From Phoronis australis (taxonomy: Eukaryota > Animalia > Phoronida): DNA of 64,000 nt. Position 1 is the first letter of the stretch. Each line of letters starts with the position of its first letter. Made by a program: the position numbers and the translations under genes. Shown piece after piece: positions 21,845 through 35,100 of the stretch. The stretch lies in contig NMRA01000206.1 of assembly GCA_002633005.1 (NCBI GenBank), positions 471,203-535,202 on the forward strand. The letters run 5' to 3'. The notes beneath the pieces were generated by a model. It was not told the DNA's origin and searched no databases. It saw only the letters and a program-made list of their open reading frames with translations.

Positions 21845-24800
21845 CTGAAATTGATATGCACTTCACTACAAACCACAAATTAAACAAAGAAGCATAATGA
21901 CAGACCAAGAGCGAGAAGTTAATGCATGACATGACTGACAGCTGCTGCCACCTAGGGGATTATCTTAGACTTGCAAATTTACTTAGTTCTCACATGTGAA
22001 AAATAAGAAAGAAAACATCTTGGGAATATGGTTGCTGACACAATTAAATCCCTCCTTGGGTTGAAAGAAGACAACACTCAGAGCTTCACTGTTTATATCA
22101 GTGATTAAAACAGGGTTTAAAAACATTAAATCGATCAAAAAGTTGACCAATAGGCCTTTAAGAAGTTGTGCTTATATTAATAGTTTAATCACTCACCCGC
22201 ATATCCGGGAACAAGATTGAAGGGGTTCAAGAAAGGGATGTCGTATCCAGTGTGCACATCAACGGTCTCTAGGAGACGAAGGCCTAGCCACGCCCAGATT
22301 AGTATGAAGTGGTTGCACAGTAACAAAACGCCGATGAAGAAACCAAATCCTAAAACTTAAATACGAATTCCAAATTCAAAGACTAACCACAAATAGAGAC
22401 CGTAACTTCGTTCTGGTTTATTGAACTTTCGAGCATTAACATAAAAGTCCTATTTTTAAGACTCTCTAACACGAGTAGATAATTTCAATTAAAACAATTC
22501 CTAACACCAACTTGGAGAATGGTGCATAAAACTTCTCATCCGAAAGTTTCATTTTGATTTAACCAGCCATTTATGAGATATGACATCTCCAAGTCAGCCC
22601 AAAATTCGTAAAATTTTCAAGGGTCCTGCAGAAGCTTACGAGCTAGTCTCGAAACTATCCACTTACTCAAAGTTTCGGCAGGATGGGCGTACTCAGCCAC
22701 CATGCCAAACGGCGCGGTGAAATGGTGGTGCACTTTGTGGATGTACTTGTAGATGCTGCGATGATGTAACGCCTGGTGCATGAAATAGTGCCACGTGTCT
22801 TCAATGATAAAACAAGCAACTACTCTCCAGGCAATGTCATACCTGTAATAATGATACAACACCAATATCATACCAGTAACATTGGAGTATCAGTCATCTC
22901 TGGCAAAAAATATTCTGTCAAGAGCTTTCAATTCCATCCAAAACTGACTCAGATTTTAAGTGGTTAGTGTGAGCACATAGGTTATGTTTCGCTCAGTAAA
23001 GACAGCTGCTTCAATTATGTAAATGAGGATGAGAAACCCAGAAAAGCAGGTTTGTGTCAACTTTTGCAGAACCAAATTGTGTATTCTCAATTTTGTTGAC
23101 AACTCAAAATATGTTCTTATGAATTAACATCTTGTTCAAGAATGACAGTTGTATCAAGGAAGGACGGCTTGTGTGTTGAGTGTATGTTTTCCATATTATA
23201 GAATAGAGAGACACCGGTGACCAGGTCACAAGGTAATGTTTGTAACAATATATGTTATACTCATCTAGCAGAAAAATCTTTATGAAAAGCATGGTTTGGC
23301 ATCGACTTTCGACAATCTAAAGCAAGATCTAAGTAGCATTAATTTTGTTCGATTCGTCTCGCAGAAACTTTCATTAATGCGACATTATATTTAGGGTTAT
23401 CTACTCTGCTAAACAAAACACAGCTATATCAAGTAGCCAGCAAACATACTGGCAAAGTTGACATTTCTGAACAAACCACAAGTCTTGCTTACACATGGTT
23501 AAGATAAGAATTGTTTAAGTTAAGACTTCTTTCAATGTTTTACTCTTATGACATCCTATTCAAATATTTCATTAGTACACAAAAATTTCCCCAGTTTATA
23601 GCTCCAGGTGACCCTAAGATTGCATTACACCCATTTTGCATCTTTTTCCCCCAAAATCTGCCCACCATAAAAGTTATTATATGGTGTAATATAATACACA
23701 CCAGGGTGGCATCTCATCAAAGCCGTATGGTACATTGAACATTTCTGTGAAAGCATAGGTGCCTCCTATCAGTGGGAACTGGAATGAAGATATAGAAAAT
23801 CAGTGATAATGGTAACTAGACAAATTAGTGATAATGTCAAGGTATCAGGTGTTTGTGCCTTGCACTATACAGTCGTGAAAGCAAAGGTCACTCTATACAG
23901 TACCATGTGATAGACGGTCATTGGCAGTGATTACATATCAACGACATTTTGGATTTCAATCGGCTTATCATTTTGACATTTTCTGGGGAGCATTAGCCAA
24001 AGCTACATTAAAAATCCTTCAATTTGGTAACATAATTTTTTAAATTGTCGACTTCCTATTTTTCCAAGGAGCAATATCCGTCTACATACATGTTGAATAA
24101 CGAGAAAAACAATACATTTTTGTCAGAATCACACATTTTCCATAATAGTGTGTCTTGAACTGAATGATGTTTCTCATAGTCATTTACAAGGTGTTGACAA
24201 TACTAAACATGAGAATAATTTCATAAACAGTCCAGCGCCACCTACTGCCAGATATATGATATTGCATGGGGTGAAGGAGCTAATGCGTTTTTGAAGTAAA
24301 GTGTCTGCACAATCCCTAAAAACAGCATGTCGATGGTGCTTTTTCTGGCAGTGTCAATAAAGAGATGGAGCTGAGGGATTCGAGCCCTTTTCAACAGTTT
24401 ATTTTTCCAAAAAAGGAACAATCTCAGTAATTTTTCGCAAATAATATTTGTGTCTCAGAAGTGAATGATTCGAGCTTTATATATTTTCTCACTTTCCACA
24501 AGTTTTACATGCACGAAAATTATTTTTATCAATTTGCAAGTTACCATTACGAATGTCCAAAAAGAAGGTAAAAGAAAACCCGTTACCATAGCAACCACTT
24601 CCTTATCACTGAGGTCTACCTACCTGTACACAGAAGTGGTTGAACATAAGCAACTTGAAACACTGCCACTGTCTGATTTCTGGTTTGTCCTAGGAAAAAG
24701 TTAACAAATATTAAATAAATTTTTCTTTTCTGAGAAAGCTGTAAGACACTTAAATGCATCATTTTGATATGAAATTCCTGTTACCAAAAATTTATTGCAC

Positions 24801-27800
24801 TAGTAAAGTTAGGCTGCCATTACAAGAGCCTTTTTGTATTCAGCTGGTAAACGTAAGAACACGCATGACTTTGCTAGATGACGCCACGTATTACAAGTGA
24901 AGCACATGATCACACCATCATCCTTCACAAGATTCTTGCAGACTCTCTCCCTGTCACTTCAGTAAGGTTGCTTGCACAGCATATTATGAGCAGATTAACA
25001 GTTATTTACTGAAGTAAAACCATAAATCTGTCCATACCTTTTGAATTTTGTATCTGTTCATAAATGGAAAAAACTGGAAGAAGAACGCTGGTAAGCAGAT
25101 GATGGCATAGAAAAGCTGAAATGAAAAATGCAGAGGACATGAATCAAAGAATCGATAATCTTTCAAGATTAGCAATGACAAATATTACTGATGGCCAGCG
25201 CTAATTTTCCTTTTTTCATTTGTAATGTAGGCATTCAGTGATTCAGACAAAAACGTCAATTTTCAGTTTAGAGCAGTGACGACACAACATTACTATCGAA
25301 TCATTTACGTGAAGTCACGACACGTTGGTGAACTTACTGTATTCATTTATCTGCCACATTTACTTTAAGTCAGATTTCACAAACACCCCACTGTTTAGTT
25401 GGCCTGACACAAACAGTAATCATGTAAAGTCGAACTAAATAATCTAAGTGGAAATTATGATCAGTGGTTGTCTTAATACTTCAAACGAATTAATTGGCTG
25501 GCTATAAACCCAACCTCCGTCACAAAAAACAACTTTTGATTATAGCCATTTGTTGATATGAAATTGGTCTCGAATTCAGCGTTTTGAAAGAACTGTCAGT
25601 TGTTTANGATGGCGTAGAAAAGCTGAAATGAAAAATGCAGAGGACGTGAATCAAAGAATCGATAATCTTTCAAGATTAGCAATGACAAATATTACTGATG
25701 GCCAGCGCTAATTTTCCTTTTTTCATTTGTAATGTAGGCATTCAGTGATTCAGACAAAAACGTCAATTTTCAGTTTAGAGCAGTGACGACACAACATTAC
25801 TATCGAATCATTTACGTGAAGTCACGACACGTTGGTGAACTTACTGTATTCATTTATCTGCCACATTTACTTTAAGTCAGATTTCACAAACACCCCACTG
25901 TTTAGTTGGCCTGACACAAACAGTAATCATGTAAAGTCGAACTAAATAATCTAAGTGGAAATTATGATCAGTGGTTGTCTTAATACTTCAAACGAATTAA
26001 TTGGCTGGCTATAAACCCAACCTCCGTCACAAAAAACAACTTTTGATTATATCCATTTGTTGATATGAAATTGGTCTCGAATTCAGCGTTTTGAAAGAAC
26101 TGTCAGTTGTTTACAGCTCAAGACAAGCTAACTTGTCACGGTGTCACATCATGTGACAAGCATGGTCTCAAGGAATAACCAACTGTCAGTTGTTTACAGC
26201 TCAAGACAAGCTAACTTGTCACGGTGTCACGCCATGTGACGAGCATGGTCTCAAGGAATAACCAACTGTCAGTTGTTAACAGCTCAAGACGAGCTAACTT
26301 GTCACGGTGTCACGTCATGTGACGAGCATGGTCTCAAGGAATAACCAACTGTCAGTTTTTTGTAAGCCCAGAAATCACTTCCCATCAATCATTTATATCA
26401 GAAAGTGATCTAAATCAAAAGTTTGTTTCTTGTATGGAACGGGAGTTTACAGACGCTTCAGCATGAGGTACAGTAGCTAAGAAGGGGCCCTTAAAATCAC
26501 AATTTTTTCTGGTTGAAAGTCTTAAATTGTGTATATTTTGCAGTGCATGCGGGATATTCTCTTAATCAAAGCATCTGCCTTAATATGTAAGTGTTAACAA
26601 GGGGTTCAGTTAAACTAATTTGAAGTTTACCGTTGCTCATTATATTTCTTAATTGATCATTCACGATAGTTTGAACTGAAATATATCTTTTCCTTTCTTT
26701 GATTTTCATTGGAATTCCGTTGCAAGAAAACTAATTATCTTGTTTAAAAAGTGTACATTAATTGGAAGATGGCGTATAGTTCATGGCCATTACTAATGGC
26801 AACATGGAAGTGTAATTAGAGGACTACATGGGATTCCTGCAACAGAATCTCTTCACAAATAACATAAACTGAGACCAGAGATATTACTTTAACACAAACA
26901 CAATTTACTTTTATTTACAAACTAGGAATCGAGACTGCATTACAGAGGTCTAAACTAGCCAGAAGTCAAACTGCACTTTGTCAAACATCATTTTGATGCC
27001 TTTAAACAGCTTAAGAAGGTCAAATATAATTTTTCAAAAAAATCCTTTAAGAGGTTGGTTAGGATTTGGTAATTTCAAGCCAGGTTAGGTTCTCAATATT
27101 CAAGATTCAAATTTCTAGTTACACTCTTCAATTTCTATGGTATATAGTGAGTACAGCAGTCAATTGGCAGTGGTTAGTGTGGTGTTAATTAAATTATCAA
27201 TTTGGATGATGTACAATTGTACAAACAATTTAGACGCGATTATTGAGACCTCTAAAATGCAAGACAACTTGCAAAGTGACCTTAAACCACAGGCATCCTG
27301 AGCTTCTGATCATCCCCAATACACTTATAATGCTAAAGGTATGACACTCCGGACTAGAAATTCCACGGGTGATTCACTTAAGCCGTCCATAGCAAACACA
27401 AAACTCTACAAATTTACATAAAACAGAGGTTCAACAAACCACGAGGAATTGGTCTTTCTGCCAATACCATTTACAGTGTCCTGCTCCACTGAGTTCGCAA
27501 CAAATTCGCGGTCAAAGCACAAAAATCTTCTCAAAAAATTGCTGCACACTAGCAATATGCTTCACGCGGTCAAGGTCAAGTAGGGTACGGAATAATCCGA
27601 TGAGTTACGAATCGATGGCAATTGCTGGTTCACCACAGAAGATTAAGAAATGGTCTGGCTAAGGGGATTTATTGATGTCGTAACCTTCCGTGACAAACCG
27701 GCAATTTCCGTGTAGCATATTGTTGGTGTGCAGTGACTTTTTGGGAAGATTTTTGTGTTTTGACTGCAAATTTGTTGAGAACTTAGAGGATCTGGACACT

Positions 27801-28582
27801 GAAAATGGTATTGGGAGAAAGAACAATTCCTCATGGTTTGTTGAACCTCTGTTTTTTGAAAATGTATTGCGTTTTGTGTTTGCTATGGGCGGCTGAAGTG
27901 AAGCACCTGTGGAATTTCTAGTCCGCAGTGTCATACCTTGTAGTACCGTATATTATATAGTGTATTGGAGACGATCAGAAGCTGAGGATGCCTGTGCCTA
28001 TGTTAAACACCGAGACAGCAGTCTTGCACAATATAAAGAATATGTAGGTCAATCGGTCAAGCCTGCAAGCATGCATACTGCAAAGGTTCAACAAACTGAA
28101 ATAAAAGGTTTTTGGGTGTGAAGTTTTTTATGGAGGCTAATTCTGACACAGATAACCGTGCCTCGGTTTAGCCCTAAGTTTGACGTCGCTTTAGAATGAC
28201 CGCCGGATCAAGGTCCGACACCTAGTGATAGGCCTAGTTCGTAGTTGTGTAATTCACAGCATGACGCAAAGCTCAGAAAAGATAACACTAACAAAGGCAA
28301 AAAGCACAAATTCCAAAGAACGCATACGTATCAAACCTACGTTCCTGCTCAAGAAATCATTTATGTCAAGCGTGGTACCTCAAGCGTTAAGATTAGAAAT
28401 TTAAAAACAAATGACATGTACGTTACCTCATGAACTATGAGAGAACCGATCGTAGCGATTTGAAAGGTTGAGTAGTTTTCCATCATGGAACGCCACCCTT
28501 GTTCAAATGGTCCTTTCAGTGGATTCTCTGGAAAGTAGTCTAGTGGCAAAAGCCACGTGCTGGTCGTAGTTAAATTCTCCAT
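21702..28582 (-). CDS. MSMO1: Methylsterol monooxygenase 1 (C-4 sterol methyl oxidase, SC4MOL/ERG25 family), 7 exons, ~284 aa
   Basis: Exons 28582-28427, 25115-25038, 24689-24624, 23778-23702, 22842-22667, 22355-22197, 21844-21702 (855 nt, phases consistent). His boxes HQALH, HKVHH, HDFHH; motifs [43 protein letters not shown]; C-terminal KKMD ER-retrieval signal. Confidence 0.96.
22197..22355 (-). CDS. MSMO1: MSMO1 exon 6 ([16 protein letters not shown]...[24 protein letters not shown])
   Basis: AG/GTGAGT boundaries; conserved motif. Confidence 0.93.
22667..22842 (-). CDS. MSMO1: MSMO1 exon 5 (His boxes 1 and 2)
   Basis: [45 protein letters not shown]. Confidence 0.95.
23702..23778 (-). 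CDS. MSMO1: MSMO1 exon 4 ([26 protein letters not shown])
   Basis: AG/GT boundaries; conserved motif. Confidence 0.9.
24624..24689 (-). CDS. MSMO1: MSMO1 exon 3 ([22 protein letters not shown])
   Basis: AG/GT boundaries; conserved motif. Confidence 0.9.
25038..25115 (-). CDS. MSMO1: MSMO1 exon 2 ([26 protein letters not shown])
   Basis: AG/GT boundaries; conserved YKIQK. Confidence 0.9.
25101..26113. other. 507-bp tandem duplication split by a single N (probable uncollapsed haplotype)
   Basis: 25101-25606 matches 25608-26113 with a few SNPs; N at 25607. Confidence 0.85.
26098..26358 (+). repeat. 83-bp tandem repeat x3
   Basis: TGTCAGTTGTTTACAGCTCAAGACAAGCTAACTTGTCACGGTGTCAC...GGTCTCAAGGAATAACCAAC at 26101, 26184 and 26267. 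Confidence 0.92.
27288..27996. mobile_element. Foldback/MITE with ~280-bp imperfect inverted arms in MSMO1 intron 1
   Basis: CACAGGCATCCTGAGCTTCTGATC...AAGGTATGACACT.CGGACTAGAAATTCCAC... is mirrored by ...GTGGAATTTCTAGTCCGCAGTGTCATACCTT...GATCAGAAGCTGAGGATGCCTGTG. Confidence 0.85.
28427..28582 (-). CDS. MSMO1: MSMO1 exon 1 (MENLTT...[17 protein letters not shown])
   Basis: Conserved FQIAT.GSLIVHE; donor gtaacg. Confidence 0.9.
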
Positions 28583-30589
28583 TTCCCAAAATTTTGATGT
28601 AAATGACAGAAAGAAAGGAAGGTCCTCAACCAGCCACCGATCGCTAGGCAGCGCTACTGTTACCTAATCAGCTGTTTTCTAACAGCGACTGTGATTGGTT
28701 TAAAGTCCGTGGTACGATGAAACGCATGAACCTTGTACGTGAGCAACGTAGAATGGTGAGAATGAATATTATGAGGTAGAGCCCCTGTGTCTGATGAGTG
28801 CAGTCTCTGTATAATTGATTCGTGGAGCAAAGTAAATATTTAGCGTCCGTTCAACAACATGAACAACGGGAACCCCTCCGGCTGTCAATAAAAATAAAAA
28901 AGCAAAATATGAGTGTATTTCTTATGAACGGCTCCATTTTATACCACGAGTCAATCCCTGATTTGGACTTGAAGAAAACAGTTGTGCACTGAGGGCCTTA
29001 GCACCATTTACATAAACCAACACTGAGCTGGCATGAGCATAAATAGGTTTATCCTGGGCTGTGGATTCGTGATAGAACTCTATACTCGGGCTCAGTGGAG
29101 GTCCAGTCAATTAGTTTCGGGCAGCACAGCATAAAGTAAGTCTATCCAATAAAAAAAAAGAAAAAAAATAAAAAAAAAACGCGAGACAACACTACAAAAG
29201 CTGCGTCGACAGTGAAATTGAAGATGAAAGATAAGTTAAATGGGAACTCGGTGTGTCAACTAATCGGCAAACAGAGAATGTGATTGATTGCAATTCATTA
29301 TTTCTAGTGAAACGTAGAGTTTCCGTGATAGATTAGACTGTCGGGCGTGGTGTTCAGAATTATCAGTGTAAAGTTTTACTGACAGGCAAATTTTAAGGTG
29401 CTCAAATTATCGACGGTCTACGATGGAGACGAAGAAGAAATTATCGACGGTCTTAAGGAGGGATTCTTCGATTTGTTGGCAGGCCAACGTTAAACATGTA
29501 ACAGGGCGTACGAGGCGGATCTACGAGTGGAGGGTTGGCTACCACTGGAATTCACCAGAATATTCATGTTAACAAGCCTAGATTCAGAAAATTTCTTGGA
29601 GTACACCCCCAAATCCCCCAAGAGACTTCATTTGTGATCATACTCTACAATTACCGACAATGAAAACAGTCAGAGATCTAAAAACTATTTTACACCTAAA
29701 AATGAAAAATGCCACCGTTATTTGAGATGACTCAACACGTCAAGGGATTGTTGTCTAGTTTTGACATGTTTATGCGTCTACAAAAATAAATTAAATTAAA
29801 AGTGCTGATTCGAAAGTGTTAAAAGTGCTGATTTCTGCCAATTATAAAAATAGGAATATATATTTTAATGATTTTTGATGCAGGTCGAAATTCGTTAAAA
29901 TCGATTTCATTCTCTTCCTAAACAGTAAATTCCACAGAATTTTTGTCAATATGAAGAACCCACACTGTGGGATTCATCGTAAGAGAAAGGTGATGCCAAC
30001 CACAGCCTCTCGGACAGTGAGCGTTTCTGACCAAGGAAAAGGACATTCAAATTGATTAATGCGACTAACAGTTATAACACTGATTTTGTCTTTTTCCTTG
30101 CTCAATTTAATGGACTGATATGTGGGCACAAAATATCTATGTAGAATATGGAACAATTACTGAGATCAATTTCATAACGTTTTGTGACAGGAAGTACGTG
30201 TTATTGCCTCTTATAGTGACATTGTATCTGGGAGAAAATATTTTTTTTATAAAATCCACTGATTTCAGAATAAACATGGAGCTCTTGCATTGCTACTACA
30301 TGGTCTGTTGGCTGGGCTTAACCCACTTAGTGCATGTCTGAGTGTTTTAATTAAAGAGTTCCCACCATGACCCTCTGTCTCAAACAGAAATTTATCAATA
30401 CATCTTAAGAAATTTAATAGCCTTTAGTATACCTGTTGCTAACAAACAAGCCAAAAATTAAAAAAAATATATATTTTTTGTTATCGGGGTTGTACGTAAT
30501 GGGTGGAAGACCGTCTCCGCCGTTGTTGTTGTTATCAGTGCGACGCTGCGGAGCGGTGAGGAAAGACCGCGGAGACTTCTTTTTCAGGC

Positions 30590-30835
30590 ATGAAAAGGTG
30601 CGTTTGTCTAGGCGGTAGTAAAAGCAACTTGACTGAGAACGTCTGTGTTTTCAAATTTCCTAAATACGTGAAAGTTGCAGAAATGGCATCGGTTTGTGCG
30701 CCGCACGAGAGTATTTAATGTCAGCAGGGTGAAACATGCGATTCAGTCGGGAACCACCCTTGGTTCGGCACATTTCAAGGAATCGTGTTTCGACCATACA
30801 CAAAAACAGAATTACAATGAAGAACTCGCCACCTT
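30590..30835 (+). pseudogene. Degenerate THAP zinc-finger domain (DNA-transposon derived)
   Basis: Frameshifted reading MKRCVCLGGSKSN..VFKFPK..LQKWHRFVRRTR...TLGSAHFKESCF fits the THAP pattern C..C / FP / W / CS.HF with lost cysteines. Flanked by ttttcag and gtaagt. Confidence 0.6.
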
Positions 30836-32162
30836 GTAAGTGTACTTGCACATTTTTATAAATGACGAACAAACTGCTTTCATTCTGGCTCAGATTGAGT
30901 AAGTCTACGACATGTTGGCTTATGCAGGGTACAAATGTAAGATCAAGTTCTGCATCAAATTTTCTTGGTGTCTTACCCAATGCAATATATTTGAACGAAA
31001 AACTAGTAAACCGACGACACTTACCCGTGTAACGTGTAATCAACAAAAGGTACACCTGAGGCCATCTGGTATTAACGAAAGCTTTCGCTTAAATATGTTC
31101 TTTTTAAAGATAATTACAAATATCAATGTTTTTAATAAGCTAACGCTCGTCGTAATCTGGGGTTGATGGAAAATCTGATTATTTTTGAAAGTTAATACAT
31201 GTATGTTTAAAGTGTCCACAAAACATTTTAAATGACTTCGTACCTTGTGTTTCAGTTGTACAGAAGGCATGGGAGCAAAAATGCCAATTATTATAAGAAA
31301 GGGCATGAAGGAAATACGTTGATCTATACACCTCTACGGGTTGTTAAACAGAAGCAAACACAAAGCTAAAGCATGCAAACGATGCAAGAAAACCTCGCGA
31401 ATGCATGAATGGCAGCCTGGATACAAATTAATGACCGTTGGGTCTTCCGAAATTCACCCGAAAATTTGAGGCCCTGTATGTCAGTTGAGCCTGCAACACG
31501 AGACTCCTAACAGGTCGAGGCCCATTAGTCGTAACTGCCCGGAAGATGGCTCCGTAGCAGCTAATTTTCCATTACTTATTACTTGTTCGTTGGGTACTCG
31601 ATACATCTCCGCAGTCCTTGAAGAGATCGTTCTGAAATTTGACATGCAGGCATTTCTCGCAGGGGTTACTAGACGCTTCGACTTAGGTGCAATAAAACAT
31701 ACATACTAGGTAGCATCAATGACGTCACATAATCGTGCGTACGTAAAGTAGTTAATGTTGACCAATGTGCTTGGTGACATAAAGCAATCAAAGTTATACA
31801 GCGGATATATTTTGAAGTTTTCTGCAACTCAACCCTAGAGTTTTAGTAAATTTTGCTCCTTCGCTGACTGGTAATCGCTTTCCTATTGACAGACACAGCA
31901 GCCTTTTGAGAATGCCAGGGCAATAATAGTAACCAGATAATGTATTTGTTCAAGGGCCGGGTATCTTGTCTGGTTCTTGACTTATTATTTCTGGAATGTG
32001 ATTACGATTTCTGCATGTTATTACGGGAATATAATAGTAGCATCTGTTCTCTCTTAATGTTGAATGTGTTATTATTGGCAACATGTCAATTATGCCAAAA
32101 CTGGTATCTTTGAATAGTTGTTACTTATTTTACATGCGCTAACTGCTAAGCGATACCGAAGC

Positions 32163-35100
32163 TTTATATATAGTTTACAGTGAACAACACGTTTAGCTTA
32201 TTTTATTGTTAAATGTATAAGTTTACCGTGTTGTTTGGAACTGAAATCATTTTTGATAGCCACCAGCCCGAACCAATTCCGGTGACGCACATTTTGACAT
32301 TCAAAAGGTTTCCCTTTCGATCGACAACAATCAACACAGCTTTCAAATTGTCTCGTTCGCATGCTTAACCTGTATTGCAGCTGGGTAGAGTCGTGAGGGG
32401 TCGAAACAGGGCATCTCCTCGTCCGTCGTGACACACGACTGCCACTGAACTCATTCTGAACACAACACTAATGAATTCCTTTTTGATACCACTTGAGCAT
32501 CTAGTAGAAAAGAAAGTTAGTAGAAAAGAAAGTTCGTGGTGCTTGTCTTTGTACTTTGCAAGTAAACCATCTTTGGCCAACAACCAAATTGTCGAGCTCA
32601 GGTGACCTGAATTAAATATTTCTTAATATTCTTCATTTTCACAATTTAAACAACCAACAACTGGAATCTGTGATTTCCTTACCTTACTTTACAATGGTTT
32701 AGTAGAAGGTTCAACAAAGGTAAATATAGCGATCGAACTGGGTTTAATACAGACAACAACAACAACAACAACAGCAACAACATCAACAAAATTTGCGCTT
32801 GAACGCGCTGAGTAATAAAACACGTAGAACACGAAATTTCTGTACATTTCTGAAGAAAAAAGAGAGAATCATACAAAAAATCAACATTGAGGGAGTTTTC
32901 AGAAAAAATCACAAAATTTATGATTTTTGAAATGCGCTAAGGAAAAACTCTGTAGTCACCACAGGGTTGCAAATGATAAATGCGCATGTGCTCACAATCA
33001 TTCGACAAACAGCTGAGATGGATATTTTAAACGGCATATTATCATATGTGATCGCATTTGGACTCTGAGGTCGACAACACAGTATGGGGCAAGCCAGTGA
33101 AGCAAGCGATTTCCCAGAATGAATTCCAAATATATTTTACAATATATTTGAATACTATGATACCTTTGTAAATGATTTTAAACAGTTAGGACTTACATCA
33201 ATTGCTTCTTAATCGGACTGACTGCTGCTTAAAGTCACCAGTTTTGTAAGCATCAAAGGTCAAAGGTCACATTTTCCATATAAATGAAAACTGTTACGTT
33301 TATGTCTTGACATACCAAATAAGGAGGCGAAGTGACGATCAGTGGACAGATCATTTTCTGAAATCTTAAACGTAAGAAAAATGCTTTGACTTCAACAGAA
33401 GTTCAAAATTTTTACGAACAAACCGTAAAAATATCTGGTGAACAGTTTGAATCCTGTTTCATCGCTGGCAGAGAACCACTTTGAATAATGCATTTTAACC
33501 TGCTTTTGGCGTTCCAAGCCTCAATAAGGCTAGCAAATATTTATAATCTCAGTAATGCACACAAAAATGCCGCTTTTTAGGCAAGTGGCCAAAAAATGTT
33601 TGTTTTCATTCGGCCCGGGTGTATTACACCCGTATTCGTGGAAGTCTGCGCACTGACTTCGTTAAACCATTTCCTGTTTCCACAAGTCAATTTGTGTGCC
33701 AGTATCATAGCTCATCCTTGTTGGTGAGAAAGCTATCGAAGGCTGTATCGAAATCTCCCTCAACCATTTCATCAATTTTTCGTTCTATGTATGATTTCAA
33801 TTTCCGTAAGCTCTTTCGGCAGCTTTCGTTGGCTGGGGTCACAACTTTCACGTTCCTTGATGAGTCTGACGAGGAACAAGGTTTAGAAAAAGAGTCTGCA
33901 GCTGCTTCGAGAAGTCGTTCGTCATCTATCCCGGTGGCTAGGAGTTCGTCTATCAGATCACGGTCTTCAGCTAAACCTCCTAGCTTGATAGGTGAGACCT
34001 TCGGCGAAAGTTCTCTCCCACTGCCGTTAGCACTCATGTCGTCCGACTTGTCGCTTGATATGTCGAGAATAAAGTCGATTTCTTCATCAAGATACCCGTA
34101 ATCGTTATCAAATTCCACGATGTTCAAATCGGACGGACTTGATGTTTCGTTCTGGTTTGCAGTGTGACGTTCCTGCGACACAGTAAAAGCAGACGACACC
34201 ATCTCATCGAAATTGACTAATGTAGGGCTGGGTGGAGTCGAAGCTGGTTGGTGTACAATTTCGTCTGCAACATTTTCGCACGACGACGTTGATTCGACGA
34301 CTTCTTGGTTCTCCAGTGATGCGATTGTGTTATGAGTCGTATTCTCTCCAAAAGGTGCCGCTTCAGTCGAAGACTGCAAATTTTCGTTCGCGTACCAGAA
34401 CTCCTACAATTAAACAAAAAAAGGAGAATGAATGGATTCAGAACTTGCATATAAAAGGAAAATTCAGTATGAGATTTTACTCACAAAACAGGACTTTTGC
34501 TTTTTAGGTCTGAAATCCCCAAACCAAAACAACTAAACCCATTTCAAAAAAGAAACCTCCGTGATGTTTTTTACTAATAACAGCTGGGTTATTGCTGTCT
34601 AAAACGTGTTCCGTGGGGATAACGGTTTTTACGTCATAACAATGAACTACTGTAGAGTAGAGTCAAGTATGCGTGTGATTTGTAGCAACGTTTCCTAAAG
34701 GACAACAAGTTATAGAAAACGGAAATTAAAAAGCAGGTAATACGCGTACTTGTTCCCAGAGGTACGCTGTGATCGAATCAATATGTTTTCAAATCCCAGT
34801 TTANNNNNNNNNNNNNNNNNNNNNNNNNNNNNNNNNNNNNNNNNNNNNNNNNNNNNNNNNNNNNNNNNNNNNNNNNNNNNNNNNNNNNNNNNNNNNNNNN
34901 NNNNNNNNNNNNNNNNNNNNNNNNNNNNNNNNNNNNNNNNNNNNNNNNNNNNNNNNNNNNNNNNNNNNNNNNNNNNNNNNNNNNNNNNNNNNNNNNNNNN
35001 NNNNNNNNNNNNNNNNNNNNNNNNNNNNNNNNNNNNNNNNNNNNNNNNNNNNNNNNNNNNNNNNNNNNNNNNNNNNNNNNNNNNNNNNNNNNNNNNNNNN

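Noticed and set aside
25608-26113. Duplicated MSMO1 exon 2 acceptor as an alternative exon
   Set aside because: The copy stops at a single N, holds only 15 nt of the exon and differs by a few SNPs; most likely an assembly overlap of two alleles.
33619-34101. Plus-strand 160-aa ORF (and its copy at 38459), plus antisense ORFs over YEATS2 exon 8 and the galactosyltransferase
   Set aside because: Shadow ORFs opposite a better-supported reading frame.
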